A stretch of 63,126 bases of DNA from Rhina ancylostomus (GCA_030265395.1 JARFYF010000068.1:6680267-6743392), one strand, 5' to 3'. Positions 1 through 12,984 are shown, counted from the first letter of the stretch. Program-made: numbers and translations. Notes: a model not told the origin generated them from the letters alone.

Positions 1-59
1 TGACTCCAGTCGTGTATTGGTGTGCCGCATTTGGGTTCTCTGTGAGTTTGATCTGGATC

Positions 60-900
60 AACACTGTGACACCAACTTCGTCCAACCTCTCGTTATAGCA
101 CGGGCCCTCGAATCCAGGCAGCATCCTGCTAAACCTTTTCTACATCATCTCCAAATCCTCCACATCCTTCCAGTCAAGGGGAGACCAGAACTGATTGCAA
201 TACTCCAGATGTAGCCGAACTAGTGTATTATAAAGCTGCAACATAACTTCCTGACACTTTAATTCAAGCCTCGACTAATGAAGGCAAACATGCCATACGC
301 CTTCTTTACCACCCTATGAACCTGTGCAGTTACTTTCAGGGAGCAATGGACTCGAACCCCAAGATTTCTCTGAACATCAATACTGTTAAGGGTCCTGCCC
401 ATAACAGTGTGCTGTCTCTTTACATTTGATCTTCCAAAGTGCAACACCTCACACTTGTCCGAATTGAACTCTACCTGCTATTTCTCTGCCCATATCTTCT
501 ATGTATCCTATGGCAATCTGCTACATTGTCTACAACACCATGAACCTTTATACCGTCTGCGAACTTGCTTATCCACCCATCCAGGTTTTCATCCACGGCA
601 TTTATATATATCACAAACGGCAGAGGGCTCAGTACGAATTCTTGCAGTACACCACATGTCACGGACCTCCAGCCAGAAAAGTCCTATCTACCATTATACT
701 CTGGGTGAGCCAACTCTGAATCCCAACGGCTAAGTCACCGTGGATACCATATACCTTAATTTTATGGATGATCTACCATGAACAAAGTCGTCAAATGCCT
801 TACTAAAATCCATGTATACATCATTCTCAGCTCTACATAAATCAATTGTCTTCGCTGCCTCCTCGAAAATCTCAATCATATTGGTCAGACACGACTTGCC
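60..900 (-). mobile_element. CR1-type LINE reverse transcriptase fragment
   Basis: ORFs give GVLQEFVLSPLPFVIYIN...ISKFADG and LHFGRSN...VVKKAYGMFAFISRG. The fragment is degenerate. Confidence 0.9.
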
Positions 901-1721
901 CCGTACGAAATCAATAATTTGTATTTACTACGTTCAGCTTCACGTTTGGCAGTGAATGCTTTGAAAAAAGTATTGCAGAAGACGCAATATTTTATATTTG
1001 ACTGACAAAAGAAAACAAAGAAAGAAATTGATTTATATTTCCTGAATAAGTATAAATATACGGCAGCTGTTGAAACGTTATTCTGTACACTTGACTGCAT
1101 GTAAATTTCAAAACACTATGATTTCAAACAGATGGTAGCTGGACAAATTTGGTTTCAATAACCCCTGAAATAGTTTGCAGTAATAAGGCAGCCATTCCAG
1201 CGATGTACAATCATTTGGGGAGAACAAGAATACAAGAGCTATGAAAGTTAATGTGACATGTATTATACAACCATTTCTCTCTAATTGCGGAATTATACAT
1301 GGATCCAGTAATGAATGTTGCCAACATCTAAAACTGTTGCTGCAATCTCATATATATTAGGTTCTCTGTACTACATATCAGGATTACTTATGATTCCTCG
1401 TGTGCTTTTTCCCCAGGTTAGCAATTTCATTCCTTGATGCTATCAAGGAAGTTGTGTCGAAGAAATTATAATTTCTGGAGGTATTGTTGTGTTCGTGAGC
1501 TATCTAAGTGTATCAAGGTCCCGCTGATTTCTATAGGATTGCCGATCCCGTTTGAAAAAGCGAGATCCGTTAAGTGGGTTTTTTTTTGAAAGTTTTGCAT
1601 ATTATTGTCAATGTATTTCCTCAATTTTGAAAAAAGACTGCATAAATAATACTTGATCTTTCAAACTTTAAAACGTTTTATTGTCATTTCTAATTGTTCA
1701 ATTCTGTTTCTACTGCGTTAC

Positions 1722-1870
1722 CTTTCTCTGTCATGAGTTTTCGATTAATGATTGAGATGAGCAAGAGCAGGTCCACACGCTCTAACACGAAAAAAAGCAT
1801 TGTCGTATCCAGGGTCAAAATATTACCTCTGGATATCGCCTATGTTAGACCTAATATGTACGTTATACGG
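1722..1870 (-). pseudogene. Exon (2 stops)
   Basis: ttaacag|PYNVHIRSNIGDIQR*YFDPGYDNAFFRVRACGPALAHLNH*SKTHDRE|gtaacg. Confidence 0.45.
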
Positions 1871-1876
1871 CTGTTA

Positions 1877-1879
<3 letters not shown>

Positions 1880-1956
<77 letters not shown>
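1880..1956. repeat. (GT)n microsatellite
   Basis: Direct observation. Confidence 0.98.
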
Positions 1957-1958
<2 letters not shown>

Positions 1959-2094
1959 ACAAAGATAAAGTAATTCCACAGCAAATTTTGAAAAGAAAAG
2001 CTCAAATGGTGTTAATCTGGAGCATGTAAAATAACAGGTCCCAGCCACCACTTCATTGATTCGGCATCGTTCTATGTATGTTGCATTAACTCAC

Positions 2095-2352
2095 GATATA
2101 TAATATCGAACAGTGCACAGACTGAAATCGACACATTGTTTCCACGCATACACCATTGCCGATTCTGAACCCGAATATGTATGTCAATGGAATGTTTTAA
2201 ATGGTCAGTAATTTCAAATACAGCTCTTTGCCACCTTTTCCTACCTTTCTCTTTCGTGCATGTAATCGAACGATCTGGATCTGAAGACGAAAAGTTTTTA
2301 ATTACAACTTCAGCTACATCTATATTACATTCATTTTCTTTTATCACAGAAA
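2095..2352 (-). pseudogene. 258-nt exon (phase 1-1, open)
   Basis: actcttgtag|SVIKENECNIDVAEVVIKNF...FEITDHLKHSIDIHIRVQN...FDIIY|gtgagt, overlapping ORF 2072-2347. Confidence 0.6.
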
Positions 2353-3671
2353 CTACAAGAGTTAAGGGGGCGGGAATGCATTATATCTAAAATAGCATGT
2401 TCCTGAAGTAACACGCAGTGAAATAATTGGATAGATATCGTAACACCACTTTTATTATACGGTTGATATTGGTATGTTTCTGAAAGAGGAAAGTCGCTTA
2501 TGATAAAAGGAACATCTTATAATCATAGAGTTCCTAAGTGTGTTTTATTGCAAACAATTAAGTATAACATTCTAAATCTCTCAAAACCCAGAAATAAATA
2601 GACGCACTAGGGAGATATCGGAAAATTTCAGAAATTAATAGAATAAGAAACAAGCAATACTGTGAAATTTCCTAATCCACGAGAAACCACAAATATCTCA
2701 GGCACATATTGATTGCAACTGAGAGCTTTCGGTGAAAACCCACAGCTCATAATCCATGCCACACGAATCTTCACACCATGCAAAAAAGCTGTTCATAGGA
2801 ATTTGCAAAGGAAATAAGTTTCAGGACAGATATCGAACACATTTCATATTTAGGTATTGGACCTTGCACTATTTGAGTTGGTGTTCAGAACTCTGGTGGC
2901 TCCGAAAAGAGGGAAATACAGAACTTTGCAAATGACTGTATTCTAAGATATAGAGCGTTATTAAATAGACATCAACCTTAACCCTATAACCACGGATATG
3001 ACTGAATATACTTTCGTCCAACTGCTGTATCTTCTACTTGAGAGTAACCCGTTGACTGAGGACTGAAGAAACATTAAATTTTCCTCCGTACGGTGAATTT
3101 TGTTAATTTGCAGAGCGACTAAACGAATTGTATCTTTGACAACAATAAAGAACGGATAGTCGATGGACGATACTGACTTCAGGAAATAACCATTAACTCC
3201 GCGAGAGAAGAAAATTTGACAAACTTGTGGGGAGCCACCAGACGAACAGACAGGTTTATTGACCTGAGACCAAACAGAATCTCAGAAGATTGTATCAGGC
3301 ATTGCAGTGATAAATTTCAACATGAAAATATTTTGACCAGAAAGCGGGAAGTCACGAAAAGGAATTGAGTATCGATTCTACAATTTTAAAATTATAACAT
3401 TAGAAGTATGGCAGAAATAGATCATAAACACCCTTGAGTCTGACCCACCATTCTGATCTGATTTTCGCCTAAATGTGGCAAAATGGACATTTGAACAATA
3501 GGATTATAGAGCAGAACCAAGTTCGTGGCATGGACTGTTTGCGAGCAAACAGAAAGATGTTAATAACCTATCAAAATGCAAAGTCTTGAAATTATGTTTC
3601 ACTGTAAAATAGAACAATTAAAAAGACAATAATACGAAAATGGTAATTCAACAGATGTCGGCCACAATTAC

Positions 3672-3830
3672 ATCCGCCAACATTTCCATGTTCCCTGTGC
3701 TATTTCTGAAACAGGTTGCATATCTTATTCTGAAAACTGCAGGCATTTTGGCATGCGCTTCCATTCAATTCAACATTCTTGTAGGAATGACCTGCTATCT
3801 ATGCATTTTTCTAAGTTTTCCGCAGAAATT
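3672..3830 (-). pseudogene. 159-nt exon (2 stops)
   Basis: ttttctctag|NFCGKLRKMHR*QVIPTRMLN*MEAHAKMPAVFRIRY...MLAD|gtaatt. Confidence 0.45.
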
Positions 3831-5277
3831 CTAGAGAAAATTAAGAGGATTAACAAACCCCATATAAGACAAGAAGTAAGTTGAATGCTTATAGCAATCC
3901 ATATTCAAAACTTCAAAAAAACAGTCATAATTCAATGACAATGAAGGGCGGACAACGTTTAATCAATACAAATAATAAGATGCTCAATGAACTTAGCTGC
4001 AGAATTACTTCGAGCTCTCCTAAATATCTTCCTTTCTTCTGGAGTCACATAAATAAATCCAGGTCAGTACCCGGTCCAAACGTTCACAAATCATAACGCG
4101 GTTACAAATTATATAGTTATCTTCCATGTTGATTAAATCACAAAATAACTGCACCAAAAGATAAACTTAAACGAAATCAAACTTTATGTATGTGTGGTGA
4201 ATTTAGCTAATATTACTTCGGACCTAATTTGATTTGGTAAATACTTTACTTGGTGAAACTAACGTGCATAAAGTAATAGGCAAACTTTCTGTGAGATTGT
4301 GGTTGGTAACTTTGATAATCAGAACTTGAGTATCTTTGCAACTGGAGTTGGAGTCCAGAGTATCAGCCGGGTGTGAGGCCTACACACATGATGGTACAGA
4401 CTTTTACGAGCTGAAATTTACAGAGAACTTGTTAGATTAGTAAAGGGATTCAGAACTATATGCCGTTCCCGACTTAGTGTCATATCAGTGGTCTTCGAGG
4501 TACTCACTGTTTTGCTATTCGCTTCAAACCCCTCTCACTTGTTCCTCGTCAATATTGAGGACTTCGTATAATTGGATCAAATTCACTCTGCTTTGTTAAT
4601 TATTTCACTCATTTGAATATCNNNNNNNNNNNNNNNNNNNNCCGTACTCCTTAATTCTTCTCACATTCCAGGCATGTGCTACTATGTTAAGTGGCTCTTA
4701 TAACTTGCCCCTAGTGCAAGGGGTGGGCACCATCAGAATTGCGGTGGGGGCAGTTGATGAGCATGTGAAAAGATATATGTTACCGGGAAATATGTGGACT
4801 AATAGGATTGAAGGGATTGGTCTGAAAGGTGGCACAATGGGCCAAATGGCCTCCCTCAATATGGTGGAGGAAAATGATGAGTTATGTAATTCAATTTGCA
4901 TGTTGTATTACGATTATCTTTAGCGTGTATCTTTGCCATTTCTTCATGTGAGGTATAATTGGACAGCATCAACAATATTGAAATTGTTAAACTAATTTAA
5001 CAATTGATGTTGGACTTGAAATGTTAACAGCATGACTTTCCAAGATGCTGATGGACTAGTATTTTCTTTTTTTTAGTCTGGTCAATCAATTTGTTAAAGA
5101 TTATGGTGACAACACGGTGCAGACCTTAAATCAGAAATACTAACACAGGTCGTAATTTGATCAAGATAAGTTCATTTTGTGTTTGAAATTGCTCTAAAAA
5201 TTTAATTATGGTGCAGTAACATTATAGTTCTCAGCCTCAATCAGGAATTCTTGTTTTTCTTCTCTGTTTCACATTAC

Positions 5278-5304
5278 CGTTTTGTTTGCGAAGATATCTA
5301 ATTT
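5278..5304 (-). pseudogene. 27-nt micro-exon
   Basis: ctttttaccttttcctcag|xIRYLRKQN|gtaatg, phase 1-1. Confidence 0.6.
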
Positions 5305-6645
5305 CTGAGGAAAAGGTAAAAAGTAACAAAGTACTTTAGAACTTGAAAAGCAAACGTTCTCTCGCTTGTTGTATTATAGTATATATGTAAAACGTATAGT
5401 TTTTAACAAAAAAAAGATTGACGAGGGTGGTTTGAAGTTGAGCTCAAGACTGGAGGTCTGAGTTTGGTCAAATTGGGGTCTTACTGGACGACTGATTGTG
5501 GTCGGTCTGAAAATTCTTCTTAATTGGCTTGCGTGTGTGGAAACCAGCAACAATGGATACGTTTTTGAAAAAAAACACTCCTGGAGGATTGCAGGGGATG
5601 AGGAAGCNNNNNNNNNNNNNNNNNNNNNNNNNNNNNNNNNNNNNNNNNNNNNNNNNNNNNNNNNNNNNNNNNNNNNNNNNNNNNNNNNNNNNNNNNNNNN
5701 NNNNNNNAGTGGACGACTGATTGTGGTCGGTCTGAAAATTCTTTTTAATTGGCTTGTGTATGTGGAAACCAGCAACAATGGATACGTTTTTGAAAAAAAA
5801 CACTCCTGGAGGATTGCAGGGGATGAGGAAGCCTGATTTGCTGAACTCTTCAGAAAGTTAAAAAACTGCAGAAAGCCTGCCCGATTGAAAGCCTTTGTTT
5901 TGTGAATACCTCCCTTTTTCGTTGTAAAATATTATTAGCAGCAGAGATCCCAGGATTCTGATACTCAATTAATGTTATTTAAAATACTTCTTTGCCCAAA
6001 CGATCGGCATATAAATGACATTCATTAAGGGACATCCATTTCTTTAAGGCATGTGTAGCTCTCAGAGTGATTGTATTCTCAGAGTTATGATTCAAACGGT
6101 TCGTAACATTCTTTCTAAAAGCAAAATTGGATACTTAATGACTGCTTTTATAAAGGTCATATAGAATCTGTTCCAAAAACCCCATCTGAGCCATTCAGTC
6201 TCTTTGGCCATCAAGAGATATTTTACAATTTCTCTGTTAAAAGTTGGGGATCTCCATTTGTTTTGCGTTTGCTCTTCATCCACAAAACAACTCCATGAGT
6301 ATAACAAGAACCAATGCAAGCCAAGACGTACAACCATTAGAAAAAGGCTGAACGTCCTTATCTACATTCAATTTATCGACGATCAGTTTCGCCACTTGAA
6401 GCATCTCCCGAAGATGTGATTACGTATGTCTTTCTAGATAGCTGTTAATTTTCCCCTCCACCTACCCCATGTAAATATTTTCGTGGCATTATATGAGCAA
6501 CAGCATGTTTTTCTTCCTGGCCATATTCTTTCATCCAATGTGCACCACTCAAAAACAATGAATATTCCTTTGATAGATTGAAGTTTCTGGGGTAGTGTGA
6601 AAAGTTTGACAGAAAACTTGCACTAATTTATAATCTGTCGCTTAC

Positions 6646-6820
6646 AAAGAAGTCCTGATCCATTCCAAGGAATTGGAAATGTGGGACATTTCCAGGGATA
6701 TGAAGGGAGCTTGTGATTCGTTAATATTCGCTTTGCATTTTGTCCAAAGTAAATTAAATGTCATCCAGCCGTCCACAATTAACAATCTCTTACCTTCGTC
6801 CTTTAGTCGTAGAAGCGCCT
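6646..6820 (-). pseudogene. Exon beginning with a KD-x unit; an internal donor allows a 27-nt version (6794-6820)
   Basis: cattttctcacag|ALLRLKDE(G|gtaaga)KRLLIVDGWMTFNLLWTKCKANINESQAPFISLEMSHISNSLEWIRTS|gtaagc. Confidence 0.55.
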
Positions 6821-7576
6821 CTGTGAGAAAATGGATAAACCTGAGCAGATTATAAGAATACACAACCTTGCCATTCGATGTGGCTGTTTCAATAGGCAAA
6901 AAAAAATAGCGAAATTATGGATAGGAATAAAGTAATTAATTTCATTAAAGAAAATTGTGTAGTTCTCCAGGAAGGATAAATGTAGAATNNNNNNNNNNNN
7001 GATGAAATAAAGGGGTCGTACGTGCAGAGATGCAGAACACATCAAAAATACTATTCAAAACTTGAATACTGTGCATTGGATTTAGCGGGAGCAGAGGAAC
7101 ACAACTAAAACACTGAAGCTTCATGTTTATTATGTAAATGAATATGTTTTTTATGGAAATTGAAAATAATGGAATGGCAAAGATTTAAGAGTGGCGACTA
7201 AATAAATTGATTGTAGTTACTGGTATGAATGACACCGAATTCCTCTAACCCACTGTCATAAATGACACAAACATCATTGAATGTCTCTAACTTTCAATAA
7301 TAAGAAAGTATTTCAAACTTTTCAAAACATAGGCAACAAATTAAACACGTTAAAATCAAATATAATTTAAAATACGGAAATAAAAGCAGTATATACCGAG
7401 TGCTTCAAATTACTGCATCAGGTATACCAATGATTCAAAACTAAAAACAATTGACCAAAATATACTGCTGTACCTCCCAGACACGTTGCTTCTGCGCTTG
7501 GTCTAATGTGGTTCGATTTGTTAAATTTTAGGGGTGAGTCCGGGTTCTAGGTATAAAAATAACCTTTGACCATTAC

Positions 7577-7752
7577 CATAACTTGATTCCCATGAAATAA
7601 TTTGGATACAAAACTCTTTTGGCAAAGTAAACTAGCATATGAGTGAATTCGTATCAATGAACCCAAGGGGAAGTTGGAAGAAGGAAAGTGAAAAGAAAAG
7701 AACAATAAGTTGTCCTGCCGAGGTTGTGGATACGGCTTGAAGTACATAAACA
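7577..7752 (-). pseudogene. Exon (open)
   Basis: ctcctctgtgctcag|FMYFKPYPQPRQDNLLFFSF...LFHGNQVM|gtaatg. Confidence 0.45.
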
Positions 7753-8280
7753 CTGAGCACAGAGGAGAGGAGTTTCCACGAGTGCTCTGTTTGCTTGCCC
7801 TTTTAAAAAAATTACTGCATTGTTGCATTCCTTTAAAAAAGCATTAAAGTTTCGCCTTCAGCTAGACTCCAAACGCATTCCATTGCTCAAGCCATTTCTG
7901 CGAGTCAGTCCATTCATTAATTCTGTATCTGCACTTTGAAAAACCGAAGTACTGGACTTACTTCAGTCTATTGACTCGTAACTGCACCCAGGGCACTTCC
8001 CTTCGGGCGGGAGATACTTCGCATATAAATATTCAGATTACGGTCGCCAAGGTTGGCATATCAAGCGTGTATCCGTGAATTTAAACTGGTCGACAACTTT
8101 CATTATTAATGCATTTTTGTTTCTTTGTCATTATTTCACTTAATGTTTTGATTAGATTTAGTTTGATTCACTTTTAATTGGTTTAAAGGTATAGATTATT
8201 AAAGTATAACTATTTGCTGTTGTCCTGCGAAGTTCTTGTATCTCCGGTAACTTCCGAGTAGTTAATGCTGGGGAACTTAC

Positions 8281-8334
8281 CCGAGAAACTGTCTCTAAAT
8301 ATCATCATATCATTTAGAGATGTTTGAAAAGACT
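8281..8334 (-). pseudogene. 54-nt exon (phase 1-1, open)
   Basis: SFQTSLNDMMIFRDSFS|gtaagt. Confidence 0.5.
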
Positions 8335-9201
8335 CTTTAAATAACAAATTAGCAAAAGTCTTTGAGGGCAATTCCAGTCTGCCTCACTTTTCTCTGCCTG
8401 AGTCCTTTATGCTGCTTCACGCAACAGTCCCATCAGCGAATCCCTGTGGATTTTAACAGTCCCGCAGATGCAAAATATTTGCGCCGTACTAGCACAGGAG
8501 AATATGTCCAAAAAGGTTCGGACCTTTGTTGAACGAATTGGAATGACAGTAAAGCATTTTTTCAAATAATTGGCAAAACGTTATGGAAATATATCACAAA
8601 ATATGGACAGAAAGCTCACGCACGTTAAAAAGAAGGGGTAACATACTCTTCACACCTTGAGTTTAAAGAGTTATTTTTGCAGTGACAACGTGGCGTGGGT
8701 CTGCTAGTAGGTCTTGAGATGAACTAATATATGTTAATATAACTCTCCACTATTTTCACCTTTCAAAAATGGAAACAGTAATTCTCGCTAAGTCTAATAT
8801 GACGCATGTTGTTTGCTGAGGTTCGCAGCATGAGCAATGGCGAATTTGAAGTGTCGACAACGAGAAGTCACGTGATGTATATGATCGTCGGGTCAACATT
8901 TTCCTCAACATATCTTTTAAGAATTAAATGGTTTTGGTTCCCTTCACAGCCGTCTACCCCCACCTCACCCAAATAATTGATAAACATATCTTACCGACAT
9001 CTTTGCGAATTATTTCTATTTGTTCTATTTCTAAAATCAAAAATATCGCAATGGTTAAAATGACACCTCCCATGGCAATTTATACGTGAGATGATTGAAC
9101 TAAGACTGAGGCAATTCATTGCGTGGAAAGTAGACTGCTACTTTCTGGGTACTTTGCGTGTATTGGCAGGTAGTTGGGAGGAATACTTCACATGTGTTAC
9201 T

Positions 9202-9267
9202 GTCTAGGGGTATGATTCTCGCTTCGGGTGCGAGAGGTCCTGGGTTCAAATCCCGAACGAGCCCCCA
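9202..9267 (+). tRNA. tRNA-Pro(CGG) retrocopy, 5'-truncated, with encoded CCA; not a functional gene
   Basis: GTCTAGGGGTATGATTCTCGCTTCGGGTGCGAGAGGTCCTGGGTTCAAATCCCGAACGAGCCCCCA matches vertebrate tRNA-Pro from about position 10 with 2 substitutions. The 5' acceptor strand is absent. Confidence 0.9.
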
Positions 9268-9270
9268 ATT

Positions 9271-9347
9271 TGTTACGAACCAGCAACAACAGAAACACAC
9301 TGAGACATGTATAAGTGTTAAAAACTACTTTATTAATAACTACTTAT
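9271..9347 (-). mobile_element. 3' end of an LTR (same family as 12310-12984), running into a gap
   Basis: Near reverse complement of 12908-12984. Ends GTAACA and is followed on the minus strand by AAT and a tRNA-Pro PBS. Confidence 0.8.
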
Positions 9348-9951
9348 NNNNNNNNNNNNNNNNNNNNNNNNNNNNNNNNNNNNNNNNNNNNNNNNNNNNN
9401 NNNNNNNNNNNNNNNNNNNNNNNNNNNNNNNNNNNNNNNNNNNNNNNNNNNNNNNNNNNNNNNNNNNNNNNNNNNNNNNNNNNNNNNNNNNNNNNNNNNN
9501 NNNNNNNNNNNNNNNNNNNNNNNNNNNNNNNNNNNNNNNNNNNNNNNNNNNNNNNNNNNNNNNNNNNNNNNNNNNNNNNNNNNNNNNNNNNNNNNNNNNN
9601 NNNNCTGTCATTCTGTTTGCGAGACTCTTGTTATAGAAGCCAGACCTTCAAAATTAACCAGGCATAACCAGTTAACAAAACTTTCCTACCATCACGTTGC
9701 TTAAATTTGGTTCCCATTATTTATCTCCAACCGTGAGCTGAAAGCCATTATTACGATTGGTCGTTCCTATCAAACTGAGAAGGTGTTAAGTTCTGTTTTT
9801 ATGCAAAATAGACTGCACATTGATCACTCCGGTGTGCAACAATAAAACGTGAGGAAAGTCTCTTTTTTAGATCTTCAGCAATGCCATTGCAACTCTTTCC
9901 GGATTCAGCGTTTTACTCGAAAGATGTCATGAACGCAAAAGAAGAACAAAC

Positions 9952-10173
9952 CTGTTCTAGTTTCACGCAGCTTTGCCTCTGTGATGAAAACATAAGCAAA
10001 TGCAATTAGTATTTCCCCGAACTTGGCATGGCTAAAATAATCGCTTGTAGCTTCCTCATAAGCAAAATCGTTCGGAATTTTGTCGAAAACTATATAATAC
10101 GGAAGAAATCTTTCAAACAATATCTGCGAGAATGCTTTGTTTGTGCCTTTTTTGCTGATATTCACTTTAACCA
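9952..10173 (-). pseudogene. 222-nt exon (phase 1-1, open)
   Basis: aattcgcag|VKVNISKKGTNKAFSQILFERFLPYYIVFDKIPNDF...EAKLRETRT|gtttgt, within ORF 9905-10174. Confidence 0.6.
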
Positions 10174-11095
10174 CTGCGAATTTATCGAATAATTGGCTAT
10201 ATATTTAAATGTAATCATACTCCATTCCTTCTCTCGCGGTCCATTGTTCTTCAGTCCTGCTGTTCCTTACGGAATACTTTATGCTTCGTAATAGTATCAG
10301 CAGGATATATAACACAGTATTATTAAAACTAATGTTTCCACAGGAACAATTAGCAATGCTAAGATATAGTCCATTCTATTATCACGTGCTATTTAGCAGT
10401 CTCTGTTTTGTTGACGTAATGCCTTTGAAAAGGAAAATAAATTAACACATGTTAAGGAACTTTTCTCGATTATATGCTAAAAGTTATTGATTTAATTTTT
10501 ATTCTGGTTTGTTTCGGTAAGACGTGTTGTTAAAATCACAACTCTGCTGAACTAAATATTACATTCCTTCCTTTTTTTGCTACCAAAGCCTTCCACGTTC
10601 CTCCCGTACTTCCAACAGTCGACTGCTGATTTTCGACTATATTATTTTCTTCTGCCATAAAATTTCGATACTTCTGTAGTTATGATAAAATATTATCGAC
10701 TTTAAAATGTATTTTTTGGTTCTGCATACGAGCTACCTGATCGATGACGATCGAATCAAGATTTTTTCGGCCATGTCTTCATACTTTTCTTGTGATATTT
10801 TATTTGATCATTTGTACACTTGTAGGTTAAGGTACCTCACTATATCTAACTTCCTAGATAGTTTCCTTCATATTAATGATTTTACGTTGTATTTTATATT
10901 ATCAATATTAATCCATTGTTGATTAGCCTTTTCATATAAAACGTAATTGGCATTAACGTCAGAACCCGGAAAACGAAAGGCAATTCAAAAGTCATATTTT
11001 AAACAAATCAATCCATCTGCGATTAAAGCACTCTGCTGATTCAATAACATTGTATAACTTCCAGTATAAGCAGTACACAAGGTAAAATTGCTTAC

Positions 11096-11113
11096 CGTCG
11101 TCCTTCAAGTGAT
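11096..11113 (-). pseudogene. 18-nt micro-exon (KD-x family)
   Basis: aattatag|xHLKDD|gtaagc. Confidence 0.5.
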
Positions 11114-11270
11114 CTATAATTATATCAATAATTAATGTGATTACGATTGTAACAATAATAATGGTGGGAATCAAAATCAAAGACGTTATGGCAGTACAAT
11201 TACTATAAAAATTTAAATAAATTGAAACATTATTTACTCTAATAAGCGGAATAAGCATCAATAAGTGTAC

Positions 11271-11285
11271 CTGACTCTTTATCAA
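11271..11285 (-). pseudogene. 15-nt micro-exon
   Basis: ctttcctcctgtttgcag|TTGATAAAGAGTCAG|gtacac. Confidence 0.5.
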
Positions 11286-11894
11286 CTGCAAACAGGAGGA
11301 AAGCGGGTAAAGAATTATTAAACGAAAGTAACTGTGCACTGAGTTATTTCAAGGGAGCTACTCATAACGGAACGTACATGTAAATGGAAAAGAATCATGT
11401 GGTTTCCCCAAGTATGAAGTATTCTGTTCAGTGGAATTGAATGTAAAACGAACAAATCGTGTGTGCTGGTTTACTATTTTCACCAACATCCGATGCTAAA
11501 TATTAATTATAAGCGCATGAGGATATCAACTGAAGTTTACAAACGAAGTTCTTCGTATAAGCAAAATAGAAAGCCGAAATAAAACGAGCATAATTGTCTT
11601 TGAGTTGACATTTTATTTTGAAAGGTTCATTTGAGTGTGTTTATACTCACTTTGTTCCTTCAAACGTCTGTTGAGATCATCAACTTCTGTAGCATCAAAA
11701 ATATTACGTATTCTGTCAGTTACATAGAAATCAACCCAAAACTTCAATCATATTGTTTTATTCCTTCCCTTTTGGAACATTCCAGCATCAGAGATCACAA
11801 TTGCAATTATATTCCACACGAAATCTTTCGTTTCATGTTCATCGATTCAACTAAACAATGGAAAACAAATACAACTTCTGGAATCTGAAACCCC

Positions 11895-12052
11895 CAAAAA
11901 AGCAGAAATCCTGCAATAACTCAACCAGTCAGGCAGAATCTGTGGAACGTGCTTTCTCAGTTCTCACAAGTTCTTGACTTGAAACGTTCAATGATTTCTC
12001 TTTCCACAGAAAATGCTTAACTGGGTGAGGGCTTCAAGCATTCCTGTTTCTA
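11895..12052. mobile_element. Short inverted-repeat element built from Penelope-like termini
   Basis: Left arm actcaaccagtcaggcagaatctgtggaa and right arm ttccacagaaaatgcttaactgggtgag, with an internal gaaacgtt. Confidence 0.55.
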
Positions 12053-12309
12053 ATTCAACTAAGCATATGTACCGCCCTCAGAGAAAAGATGTCAATAAAA
12101 TATTACTGGAATAGATGAACGAAGATGTGTATTGACATTGTCATGAATGCGGACAACATGTGTCCGGCACAAGGCAATCAGTGGAAAGTTTTCAGATGTA
12201 TTCACCATGTGTATAAATAAATGATATAAATACGATTTCTACTCGTCTAAATCGATCAACTAATGTAGATACGCACTATGGATTAAAATATGCTTTCTGT
12301 TACAGACTA

Positions 12310-12344
12310 GGTTACTATTGCTGAATGTCCCTTTAAGATACAGT

Positions 12345-12404
<60 letters not shown>

Positions 12405-12984
12405 TGTGTGTGTGTGTGTGTGNNNNNNNNNNNNNNNNNNNNNNNNNNNNNNNNNNNNNNNNNNNNNNNNNNNNNNNNNNNNNNNNNNNNNNNNNNNNNN
12501 NNNNNNNNNNNNNNNNNNNNNNAAAGCAGTGGAGTTCAGATTGTTGTTGACCTGTAGAAAGAAACAAGTATTTGTGTGGACGGCCACGATTCGAGTGCCT
12601 TTCCTGGAGATGCAGATGCGGTGGAGTAGTCGCTGCTGAGGAGACACTAAGATGTCGTCTGGGTTCCAAAGTGGAACATTTTGATTTCGTAATTACTCTA
12701 TTTTCTCTCTACGTTTTGTTTTCAGTCAACAGTTGTTGTTGAAGAAGCCCTTGCTCACGTTTCACGTTACGGCTTGCTGAACTGAACTTTGAAAACTATT
12801 CCTGGACTAGGAGTTTGGAAGTTTGCCACACACACACACACTACGAGTTTAGTTTTAGGGGCTAATGTTTAAGATCTAACAGTTTTACTTTTATTTTTCT
12901 TATTATCATAAGTCGTTATTAATAAAATAGTTTTAAACACTGATACATGACTCAGTATGTTTCTTTTGTTGCTTGTTCGTAACA
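12310..12984 (+). mobile_element. Probable solo LTR (Gypsy- or ERV-like) with an internal (GT)n and a gap
   Basis: Starts gGTTAC, ends GTAACA, has AATAAA near the end, and has a second copy next to a PBS at 9271. No convincing target-site duplication. Confidence 0.65.

Noticed and set aside
1694-2051. CVCVCV / HTHTHT ORFs (also at 12307-12669 and 30877-31138)
   Set aside because: They are translations of dinucleotide microsatellites.
2072-2347. Resemblance of GNNVSISVCA to the IL12B C-terminal FN3 domain
   Set aside because: There is no WSxW motif or other cytokine-receptor exon, and it fits as an exon of the LLTP series.
9202-9267. Functional tRNA-Pro gene
   Set aside because: The 5' acceptor strand is missing, CCA is encoded, and it abuts an LTR end.
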